A DNA stretch of 63,622 nucleotides, filler included, from Chiloscyllium plagiosum (taxonomy: Eukaryota), in NCBI RefSeq assembly GCF_004010195.1. It is 4 parts of one record of this genome, joined end to end, with 100 filler letters (N's around TTAATTAATTAA, not from the genome) between each part and the next. Parts side by side here need not be neighbours in the genome. Positions count along the whole stretch, not along the records: positions 24,002 to 52,294 come from NC_057710.1; positions 52,395 to 58,817 come from NC_057710.1; 2 more parts are not named here. One strand, written 5' to 3'. Numbering within the stretch: position 1 is the stretch's first letter; every line of letters starts with the position of its first letter. Under the pieces are notes generated by a model. It was not told the DNA's origin, ran no database searches, and worked only from the letters and a program-made list of their open reading frames with translations. Positions 48,920-58,917 of the stretch are shown here, piece after piece. Both the position numbers and the translations under genes were made by a program.

Positions 48920-50140
48920 GTCTACTGCCCTGTTGTTGCTTTCAGAGTGGACAACCTCACATTTATCCATGCTATACTACGGCTGCTATGCATTTGTTCA
49001 CTCAACTTCTCCAGATCACACTGAAGCATCTCTGCTTCAAACTCAAAGGTCACCATCCATCCCATCTCTTTGTGCCATTTGCAAATGTAAAGATATTATA
49101 TTGAGTTCCCTCATCTAAATCATTAATATATATTGTGAATAGTTGGGTCCATACACTGATTCTTGCATTACCACATTAGACACTTGGAGAAAAGACCTAT
49201 TTATTCATATTCTTAGTTTATTCCTACTCTAGGTGGCATGGTGGCTCGGTGGTTAGCACTGCTACCTCACAGTGCCAGGGATTCGGGTTCAATTCCAGCC
49301 TCAGGCAACTGTCTATGTGGAGTTTGACGTTCTCCCCATGTCTGTGTGGATTTCCTCTGGGTGCTCCGATTTCCTCCCTCAATCCAAAGATGTGCAGGTT
49401 AGGTCCATAGTGTTCAAGGATGTGTAGGCTAGCTGCATTAGTCAGGCAATATGTATAGCAATAGGGTAGGGGAATGGGTCTGGTGGGATACTCTTTGGAG
49501 GGGCGGTGTTGACTTATTGGGCCTAATGGCCTGTTTCCACACTGTAGGGATTCTATGATATCTGTCTGTCGACCAGTTCTCTATTAATATCAGTACAGTA
49601 TCCCCAACCCCATCTGCTTTAGTTTTCCATGTTAATCTCTTATGTGAGACCTTATTGAATGCTATCTGAAAGTTCAATTAAACCACCACTCACTGGCTGT
49701 CCCTTACAACTCCACTGTTTGCATTCTTGAAAAATTGCAGCCAACTTGTCAAGCATAATTTCCCTTTTGTAAATCTGTACTGTCTCTGTCCAATCTGGTC
49801 ACTGCTTTCTGAGTGCTCTGTTATTAAAATTGATATAATGGACTCTAACATTCTCCCCACTGTCAATGTCAGGCTAACCAGTCTACAATTCCTTGTTTTC
49901 TCTTTACCTCCTTTTTAAAATAGTGATGCTACATTAACTACCCTCCAAGCCATAAGGATTGTTCTACAGTCTATAGAATCTTGAAAATATAACCACAAAT
50001 ACATCCATTCTTTCTTGGGACACTTCCTTAAATACACTGGGATGTAGATTATCAGGCCTGGGGTCTTATTGGCCTTTAATCCCATCAATTTCCCCAATAT
50101 CATTTTTTTACTCATACCGATATCTTTCAGTTCTCATTCA
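48920..50140 (-). mobile_element. Old CR1 RT fragment interrupted by a SINE
   Basis: WRVVNVASLF, FQIAFNKVSHKRL, IENWSTDR. Confidence 0.8.
49231..49558 (+). mobile_element. V-SINE nested in CR1
   Basis: Head GGTGGCATGGTGGCTCGGTGGTTAGC, B box, V-domain, GGGATTCTATGA tail. Confidence 0.88.
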
Positions 50141-51952
50141 GACACATGGAGAATATTTCATCACACTTTTGACCAATAATATACTTCTTTTTCCTTGGAT
50201 ATGGTGTACAAAAAAGTCACAATTACAGCAATGGAAAGATAAAATGTTGGAGGAAATAAAACTCAGGATGATTCCGAAGTTTGAAAAGGTTGGAAATGTA
50301 ATTGGTGAAGTTTGTAATTTACATGGAATAGGGTAAAAGAAAATTAGCCAGTAAAGGGGCAATGACAAAACTAAAGTGGAATTACATCTGGTTAACAGCA
50401 TTTTAGATTTACCGGAGACAGAAAGTGGGTCCTCTCAGGAAAGCATTATCAAGGATGAAATGGCATTAACCTATTGCCCTTAGCAACTTTGAAATTAATG
50501 GGCTTTTTGGTGGAGCAACATTTTCTAATTAGGGTAAAGAGCTGAAAAAAATTAGACATAATCCAGAAGAGTTGATCTTAATTGGAAAAGAGTCATTCCC
50601 TTTAAGATGATGCTTGGATAGGCTCAGTCACTTCTTGAATAACTTAACGCTATAATCAACCTGCACACCACATAAGGTAATGGTGTCATTTGTTTATTTC
50701 AAGCCAGCTTCATAAAATTAAACTAACCAATGATTGTTGTCTACATGGATTAATTTAAGAATTCTGGTTGATGTGAAATCATATTATGTTGCAATAAGTT
50801 CAAATATATTTGTAAAGAACAACAAGCTTTAAAAAATTAAATCTGTGACATTCATGATTATAGATTCTGAAACAAGCATACTAAAATTCTTTACTCACTC
50901 TATGATTTCTGTCATTCACAGCTTGCAGAGATTGTATGCTGCTGGTTGTAAATATATGAAACTGAACTGAAATGTACTCTGTATTGGAAAAAAGATTTTC
51001 CAGCATTAGCCATTAAGGATTAGTAAGTTAAACATGTACTTAATCATAAAAAAAATGTGTGGCTGTTGAACTATAATGCTTATTATTGTTACACACCACC
51101 ATCAACCTTCACAAACCCCTCCCTAACCTGAGCCAGACACCATGTCTAACCGAGTGAAATTGACCTGTATTAAGGCCTCTTCACTTCAGCTAAATTATTT
51201 GATCATAGCCTCTGACATCTGTTTGGGCCAGTAATTGGCTGTTTATAGGAGCAAGTGATAGCCACGAGCAGCACAGCAATGAAGTCAAGGGGACAAGCAC
51301 GGAGGGCAGAGAGACAGGTCTTGACAGACCACTGTCTGCCCAAGATAAGCAATGCAGATTAGTTGGATGCGCTCTATCCTATTTGCTCGGGCATAATAAT
51401 CCCTTCCTTTTTTTTGCAGTTGCTTACAGCTATAGCCGAGGCAGAAAACTAATACAGAAAAGGTGTCAGGCTTAAAGCCTGCTTGAAATCTAAAACAGAG
51501 TTCTAGAATTTGGTAGATTTCACCGTACAATTAGTTTCAAATGTCAATTTCATGCTCACGCATGAGGTGGAGAGAATGGAAGATACAGGCAGTAGATATT
51601 CATCACTGGATTGTTTATGTGGCGCATAGACTTTGGGCCTGTAGAGCTATGATGGGCTCTGTCTCTTTTTATTGGCCATCTCAATGAATTACATTGCACA
51701 ATATAAAATTGGGCAACTCATATTTTAATACCTTTATCTCTAATAGCAGCACAGATACAGTGCCAGCACTTGTATGGTCACTAATAAATTTAGATTTGTA
51801 AATAGTAACCACACTCTAGTCTGCTTATTTTTGTGTTGGTTACTTTAACCCTCTGAGTAGGAGAAAGTGAGGACTATAGATGCTGGAGATCAGAGCTGAA
51901 AATGTGTTGCTGGAAAAGCGCAGCAGGTCAGGCAGCATCCAAGGAACAGGAG

Positions 51953-51988
51953 AATCGACGTTTCAGGCATAAGCCCTTCTTCAGGAAT
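51953..51988 (-). ncRNA. Minimal hammerhead ribozyme
   Basis: ATTC-CTGAAGA-A-GGGC-TTAT-GCCT-GAAACGTC-GATT, with a G-U pair at the base of stem II. Confidence 0.7.
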
Positions 51989-52199
51989 GAGGAAAGTGTG
52001 CCCAGCAGGCTAAGATAAAAGGTAGGGAGGAGGGACTTGGGGGAGGGGCGTTAGAAATGCGATAGGTGGAAGGAGGTCAAGGTGAGGGTGATAGGCCAGA
52101 GCCTCCCTTGACCTCCCTCCACCTATCGTATTTCCAAAGCCCCTCCCCCAAGTCCCTCCTCCCTACCTTTTATCTTAGCCTGCTGGGCACACTTTCCTC

Positions 52200-52235
52200 A
52201 TTCCTGAAGAAGGGCTCATGCCCGAAACGTCGATT
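52200..52235 (+). ncRNA. Minimal hammerhead ribozyme (intact core)
   Basis: ATTC-CTGAAGA-A-GGGC-TCAT-GCCC-GAAACGTC-GATT. Confidence 0.8.
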
Positions 52236-52294
52236 CTCCTGCTCCTTGGATGCTGCCTGACCTGCTGCGCTTTTCCAGCAACACATTTTCAGCT

Positions 52295-52394
52295 NNNNNN
52301 NNNNNNNNNNNNNNNNNNNNNNNNNNNNNNNNNNNNNNTTAATTAATTAANNNNNNNNNNNNNNNNNNNNNNNNNNNNNNNNNNNNNNNNNNNN
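52295..52394. other. Artificial 100-nt join with TTAATTAATTAA
   Basis: Linker at 52339-52350 centred in N. Confidence 0.97.
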
Positions 52395-52663
52395 GAGTTA
52401 GCTATTACGAGGGGGCATAGCTTTAAATTAAGAGGTGGTCGGTATAGGACAGATGTTAGGGGTAGATTTTTTACTCAGCGAGTCGTGAGTTCATGGAATG
52501 CCCTGCCAGTAGCAGTGGTGGACTCTCCCTCTTTATGGGCATTTAAGCGGGCATTGGATAGGCATATGGAGGATAGTGGGCTAGTGTAGGTTAGGTGGGC
52601 TTGGATCGGCGCAACATCGAGGGCCAAAGGGCCTGTACTGCGCTGTATTTTTCTATGTTCTAT
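52395..52663 (+). mobile_element. CR1 3' end (distinct subfamily)
   Basis: TRGHSFKLRGGRYRTDVRGRFFTQRVVSSWNALP; CTATGTTCTATG tail. Confidence 0.88.
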
Positions 52664-52669
52664 GGACCG

Positions 52670-52857
52670 TAGTCCTGTTCTCTCATTAGAGATGACTGGT
52701 GATGGTTTAATCTGAGGGTCATCATGTCTCAGTAAAAGGGAGAGTTTGAGAAGGAGAGTTTATCATGATAACCTCAGCCAGTGTGGGAATTGGAGCCGTG
52801 CTTTTGTTGTCACTCTGCATTGCCAACCAGCAGTCCAACTGAGTTAGCCAACCCCCC
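52670..52857 (-). mobile_element. tRNA-derived SINE of another family
   Basis: Minus head GGGGTTGGCTAACTCAGTTGG...CAATTCCC; related 3' piece at ~25068-25145 (+). Confidence 0.55.
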
Positions 52858-54485
52858 ATTGATTGGGGTATAAGGGAACTGCATGAACAGGGGCCTGCAC
52901 TTATGGGCTGTCTACACTGTGAACTGAAAAGGTGGAAACTGCAAATCGAATAAAGATAATCCTTGCTGACATTAAAATAACAAAATGATCAAATTTAATT
53001 TTACCACTGGGAAAAAAACCATGCAGCATTCCACATCAGTGACTCATTTTATAATCCAACTGTATGAAAACAATCCTAACAGGCGTCACGACTTCATGCA
53101 GGCCCGGTTATTCTGGCACTATTCTGTATCCTGCCCACAATGACTAATTTTCAGGTTATTTCCAGAATGTTTTGCCACTCTAAACAATGACCGACGTCAA
53201 TGTGGGAATTCTGTTCTTTAGTTAAGAGTTGCAGCAAAAGGGTTATACATCCATTCTTCAAAAGTCTTTCCTGTGAAAAAAAAAGAAATGCCAAAGATCA
53301 GAAAAGTGCTTCATTTGTTCACTGCAATCTGAAGTCAAACCAGCCCAACTTTATCCCTAGGTCTATCTGATTCATATTCTTCCCTTTCTCACACATGTTT
53401 CATGAATTCAGGAAATGAACTTTCTTTTCAAAACACATTGAGGCTTCAATCATTCTTTGAAAGATAAAACAAAGTAGTCCCTCCAGCTCAATATAGAAGA
53501 ATTTTATTGCACCACTGAGGGCAGTACTTTATTTTTGACCAGGCCTTTGCCCTTCAAGTTATACCCATCATTTCACATTGTATTAACCCTCCACCTGCAG
53601 CAAAAGAAGTGCCCTTTTAACTTGGGCTGCACAATCAGCAAGGGCCGTTGCGGTAAGCACCAATCTTATTACACTTCTACACTATGAGGCCATGCTATGA
53701 GCAACCATGCTGAACATCAATGACATCAGGGCCAGAGCAAAAATTGAAAGGAGGCCTCAGCTGGAGACTTGTGATGACAGATCCATCTTGTGAAGACTGT
53801 GCATCACAAGAAACCCAATACAGGAGAGTCAATCTTTATAAAAATCTGTGTTCTTTCACACAGCTCCCCCTCCACCTCCCTTGCCTCACTATTAGAAGCC
53901 ATGCCATCAACTTCTCAGGCCCTAATCACTGAAAATACCTTATAAAAACCATAATAATTGCAAATGTTGTATAAATTAGAAACAAAAACAGAAGTCGCTG
54001 GAATATCTCAGCAGATCTGGCAATTTCTATGGAGTGAAATCAAAGTTAAAATTTTCAGAACTGAAAATAACTCCCTAAATGTCCCACCTTCTGCCTCTTA
54101 CTTTTAGATATTCCTTAAAACTACCTCATTGACAAGATTTCAGATTTACTGAGTCTTCTCTTGCTGCTGTGTCTACTTTTGTCTCTGCAATTTTGTAAAA
54201 GTGAATTTGGACATTGTCCTGCATTAAAAGTATTAAATAAATTAAATTCATTGTTGTTGCTCATATTCATAGCTTGGTCAATAATATTTGCTTCCATACA
54301 TTTAGCTTGAATATCTTTTTCCTCATGATTAATCATAACCATTTGTTCAACTATTTTGACATACCAACCTCTTGATCAAAAGTTGAATGACCATCAATTT
54401 TACCCAGCTTCAGTTTTGCCAACCACAAATAAGTGTAGATATAAAGCAAATATCTAACAAAGTTAATACATTTTTATACGTAATA

Positions 54486-54645
54486 CAGAGGAACCTCGAT
54501 TATCCGAACCACATAAACAGGGAGTACTTTGTTTGGATAATCAAATGCCAGATAACACAGTTTAGCCAAGCATCGGGACCTTGCGACCTTGTTTGGATAA
54601 TCCGAAATTCAGATAATCGAAAGCCGGACAATCGAGGTTCCTCTG
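54486..54645. mobile_element. Tc1/mariner (pogo/Tigger-like) MITE, 160 bp
   Basis: TIRs CAGAGGAACCTCGATTATCCG / CGGACAATCGAGGTTCCTCTG, TA at 54484-54485 and 54646-54647, internal GGATAATC repeats. Confidence 0.88.
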
Positions 54646-55554
54646 TATTCAGAATGACCTTCTCAAACTGTACATGACTCCATTTGCGTGTGTTCAAAGC
54701 AGATAAGGGCATTTTGAAATTAATTTGAATATTTTCAGGACGGGATTTCAGTCTGCCCTGGGACAAATGTCCCTTTCTGTTCAGCTGGTGGTATCCCACA
54801 TTAAGGCATTCACAGTTCAAAAGATAAATGGTTAAAAGTGACATATGGGTCTGTGTGGGGGGGACACAAAATACCGAACCTACAGACAGGGTAAACGAGC
54901 TTTCAGGTTGGTTGCAAACTATCTAGAGCAAATAAACCCACAGTGGTACGGAACTAGGGCGTCTGATACCAGACTAGTTTCATGGTGGTTCTGAGATGCG
55001 GTGATAAAAGATCGGGCAAGATATGCTGCCCACTGCATGACAAGAAAAGTCCTCTACGCTTCATGTACCATGCCTGCCTCATCAGCACATACCCTCCACA
55101 CACCACAGGCCGGACGAGTCAAAGATTGTTTCATCAGCCCAGAGTTTCAGTGGTTCAGAGTGACCTATTTAAACAGTTTCTAAAATTAAACACTTGAAAG
55201 CAGAAAGCTGACTATCACAAATGAGAGTAATATGAAACTGAGGCATTGTATCTGAATAACAAAAGCTTGTACCTGCAGAACAGCAGGAACTGATACATCA
55301 GCACATGGAAGTGTCCGGGGACTGATCAATGTATTTACAAAAAGGCAGCTTCATCTGCAGCTTGACATCTAGTGCTCCATGTTACTGGGACAATGCAGGA
55401 GGTCATTCACCCGTGTCAGGAAAAATATTGATGAATTCAGGCTCCAGTCCTGAGTCAAATGACTGCTCCCAGAGTTATATTTTTACTGTTTTAAATTTGG
55501 TCCATTTGTTTCATGAGGATTAAGCCAACAAAGCTGCATAATGAAACAAAGGGT

Positions 55555-56015
55555 TTCCATTTAAATCGTGCTGTTCACAATCTCAGGATGTCCCAAAGCA
55601 CTTTACAGCTATTTAATAATGGAATGTACAGGCTCGGTCGTAATTATTATTTCAAGACTGAGATAGACAGATTTTTAATCAGGGAATCAGGGAATCAGGG
55701 GTTATGGGAAAAGTCAGGAAAGTGCACTTGAGGATTATTAGATCAGCCATGATCCCATCACATGGTGGAACAGGCTTGATGGGCCTAGTGGTCTATTTCT
55801 GCTCCAACAATCTATGGTCTTAATGTAGTTACTGTTTTAATGTAGAAAATGCAGTATACAATTTGTATATGGCAATCTTCTCCAAAGAGTAATGTTATAA
55901 TGACTGGATGCTCTGCATTAGCAACCTTGTCTGAATAACAATTGTTTGCCAATATAACCAGGGAGACTGTTCTCTGCTTGAGATTAAGCATCCATTTAAC
56001 ATCTCATCTGAGAGA
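55555..56015 (-). mobile_element. Decayed Deu-type SINE interrupted by a plus-strand CR1 tail (~55650-55820)
   Basis: CTCAGGATGTCCCAAAGCACTTTACAGC and downstream blocks are reverse-complement similar to 31830-32113. Confidence 0.55.
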
Positions 56016-56059
56016 AGGTAGTGAAGGATTACCTCAGATATTGGGCTGATCTAAGCAGG

Positions 56060-56765
56060 ACATAGAGTCATAGAGATCTTCTGAATGGAAACAGGCCCTT
56101 CAGCCCAACATGTCCATGCTGCCCAGCTTTCACAATTAAGCTAGTCTCATTATCCTGTGTTTGTTCCATATTCCTCCATATCTATCCCATCCATGTACCT
56201 GTCCAAATATTTCTTAAATGACAAAATTGCATTCTCCTGCACTGCTACCTCTGGAAGCCCACTCCAGACACTCACCACCCTCTGTGTGAAAAAATCGCCC
56301 CTTTGTGCTCCTTTGTATCTCTTCCCTCTTATCTTAAACCTATGGTGAAAGTGAGCACTGCAGATGCTGGAGATTAGAGTTGAGAGTGGGGTGCTGGAAA
56401 AGCACAGCAGGTCAGACAGCATCTAAGGAGCAGAAAAATCAACACTTCAGGCAAAAGCCCTTCATCAGGAATGAAGAAGGGCTTTTGCATGAAACGTCGA
56501 TTTTCCTGCTCCTCAGATGCTGCCTGACCTACTGTGCTTTTCCAGCACCCCACTCTCAACTTAAACCTATGGCCTCTAGTTTTAGACTCTCCTGCCATGG
56601 GGTAAAACTGTTGGTTATCTACCTTATCTATATCTCTCATAAAATATATAGCTCTATAGGGTCACCCCCTCAGTGTCCTATGCTCCAGGGGAAAAAGTCC
56701 TAGTCTATCCAACCTGTCCTTATAACTCAAACCTTCCAGTCCAGGTAACATCCTAGTAAACCTTT
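56060..56765 (-). mobile_element. CR1 3' portion interrupted by a fold-back element
   Basis: ESKTRGHRFK|insertion|HRFKIRGKRYKG...FFTQRVVSVWSGLP. Confidence 0.88.
56346..56559. mobile_element. Palindromic double-hammerhead mini-element with 13-bp TSD
   Basis: CTTAAACCTATGG at 56333-56345 and 56560-56572; arms ~56379-56559; two decayed opposed hammerheads meet at ~56472; ~33-nt tail. Confidence 0.9.
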
Positions 56766-58817
56766 TAGAGTCATAGGGTCATAGAGATGTACAGCATGGA
56801 AACAGACCTTCCATCCAACCCGTCCATGCCGACCAGATATCCCAAACCAATCTAGTCCCACCTGCCAGCACTCGGCCCATATCCCTCCAAACCCTTCCTA
56901 TTCATATACCCATCCAAATGCCTCTTAAATGTTGAAATTGTACCAGCCTCAACCACATCCTCTGACAGCTCATTCCATACACGTACCACCCTCTGCATGA
57001 AAACGTTGCCCCTTAGGTCTCTTTTATATTTTTCCCCTCTCACCCTAAACCATGCCCTCTAATTCTGGACTCCCCGACCCCAGGGAAAAGACTTGGTCTA
57101 TTTACCCTATTCATGCCCCTCATAATTTTGTAAACCTCTATAAGGTCACCACTCAGCCTTCGACGCTCCAGGGAAAACAGCCCCAGCCTGTTCAACCTCT
57201 CCTTATAGCTCAAATCCTCCAACCCTAGCAACATCCTTTTAAATCTTTTCTGAACCCTTTCAAGTTTCACAACATCTTTCTGATAGGAAGGAGACCAGGA
57301 TTGCACACAATATTCCAACAGTGGCCTAACCAACGCCCTGTACAGCTGCAACATGACCTCCCAGCTCCTGTAGTCAATACTCTAACCAATAAAGGAAAGC
57401 ATACCCAACGCCTTCTTCACTATCCTATCTACCTGCGGCTCCACTTTCAAGGAGCTATGAACCTGCACTCCAAAGTTTCTTTGTTCAGCAACACTCCTGA
57501 GGACCTTACCATTAAGTGTATAAGTCCTGCTAGGATTTGCTTTCCCAAAATGCAGCACCTCGCATTTATCTGAATTAAACTCCATCTGCCACTTCTCAGC
57601 CCATTGGCCCATCTGGTCCCGATCCTGTTGTAATTTGAGGTAACCCTCTTCGCTGTCCACTAAACCTCCAATTTTGGTGTCATCTGCAAACTTACTAAAT
57701 ATATCTCTTGTGCTCGCATCCAAATCATTTATGTAAATGACAAAAAGTAGAGGACCCAGCACCGATCCTTGTGGCACTCCACTGTCACAAGCCTCCAGTC
57801 TGAAAAACAGCCCTCCACCACCACCCTCTGTCTTCTACTTTTGAGCCAGTTCTGTATCCAAATGGCTCCCTGTATTCCGTGAGATCTAACCTTGCTAATC
57901 AGTCTCCCATGCGGAACCTTGTCGAACGTCCATATAGATCACATCTACTGCTCTGCCCTCATCAATCCTCTTTGTTACTTCCTCAAAAAACTCAATCAAG
58001 TTTGTGAGACATGATTTCCCACGCACAAAGCCATGTTGACTATCCCTAATCTGTCCTTGCCTTTGCAAATACATGTACATCCTGTCCCTCAGGATTCCCT
58101 CCAACAGCTTGGTCACCACCGAGGTCAGGCTCACTAGTCTATAGTTCCCTGGCTTGTCTTTACCGCCCTTCTTAAACAGTGGCACCACGTTTGCCAACTT
58201 CCAGTCTTCCGGCACCTCACCTGTGACTATCAATGATACTAATTTCTCAGCAAGAGGCCCAGCAATCACTTCTCTAGCTTCCCACAGAGTTCTCGGGTAC
58301 ACCTTATCAGGTCCTGGGGATTTATCCACCTTTAACCGTTTCAAGACATCCAGCACTCCCTCCTCTGTAATATGGACATTTGCAAGATGTGTCACCATCT
58401 ATTTCCGTACAGTCTATATCTTCCATATCCTTTTCCACAGTAAATACTGATGCAAAATATTCATTTAGTATCTCCCCCATTTTCTGCGGCTCCACACAAA
58501 GGCCGCCTTGCTGATCTTTGAGGGGCCCTATTCTCTCCCTAGTTACCCTTTTGTCCTTAATATATTTGTAAAAACCCTTTGGATTCTCCTTAATTCTATT
58601 TGCCAAAGCTATCTCATGTCCCCGTTTTGCCCTCCTGATTTCCCTCTTAACTATACTCCTACTTCCTTTATACTCTTCTAAGGATTCCCTCGCTCTATCC
58701 TGTCTGTACCTGACATATGCTTCCTTCTTTTTCTTAACCAAACCCTCAATTTCTTTAGTCATCCAGCATTCCCTATACCTACCAGCCTTCCCTTTCACCC
58801 TAACAGGAATATACTTT
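56766..58817 (-). mobile_element. CR1 LINE ORF2 (RT to 3' end), same subfamily as 36531-40580, cut by a gap
   Basis: [37 protein letters not shown]. Confidence 0.95.
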
Positions 58818-58917
58818 NNNNNNNNNNNNNNNNNNNNNNNNNNNNNNNNNNNNNNNNNNNNTTAATTAATTAANNNNNNNNNNNNNNNNNNNNNNNNNNN
58901 NNNNNNNNNNNNNNNNN
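58818..58917. other. Artificial 100-nt join with TTAATTAATTAA
   Basis: Linker at 58862-58873 centred in N. Confidence 0.97.

Larger units (their letters stand above)
51858..52294. mobile_element. PLE-derived fold-back element with two opposed hammerheads
   Basis: ~190-bp inverted arms; hammerheads at 51953-51988 (-) and 52200-52235 (+), both cores intact; right end cut by the gap. Confidence 0.88.
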
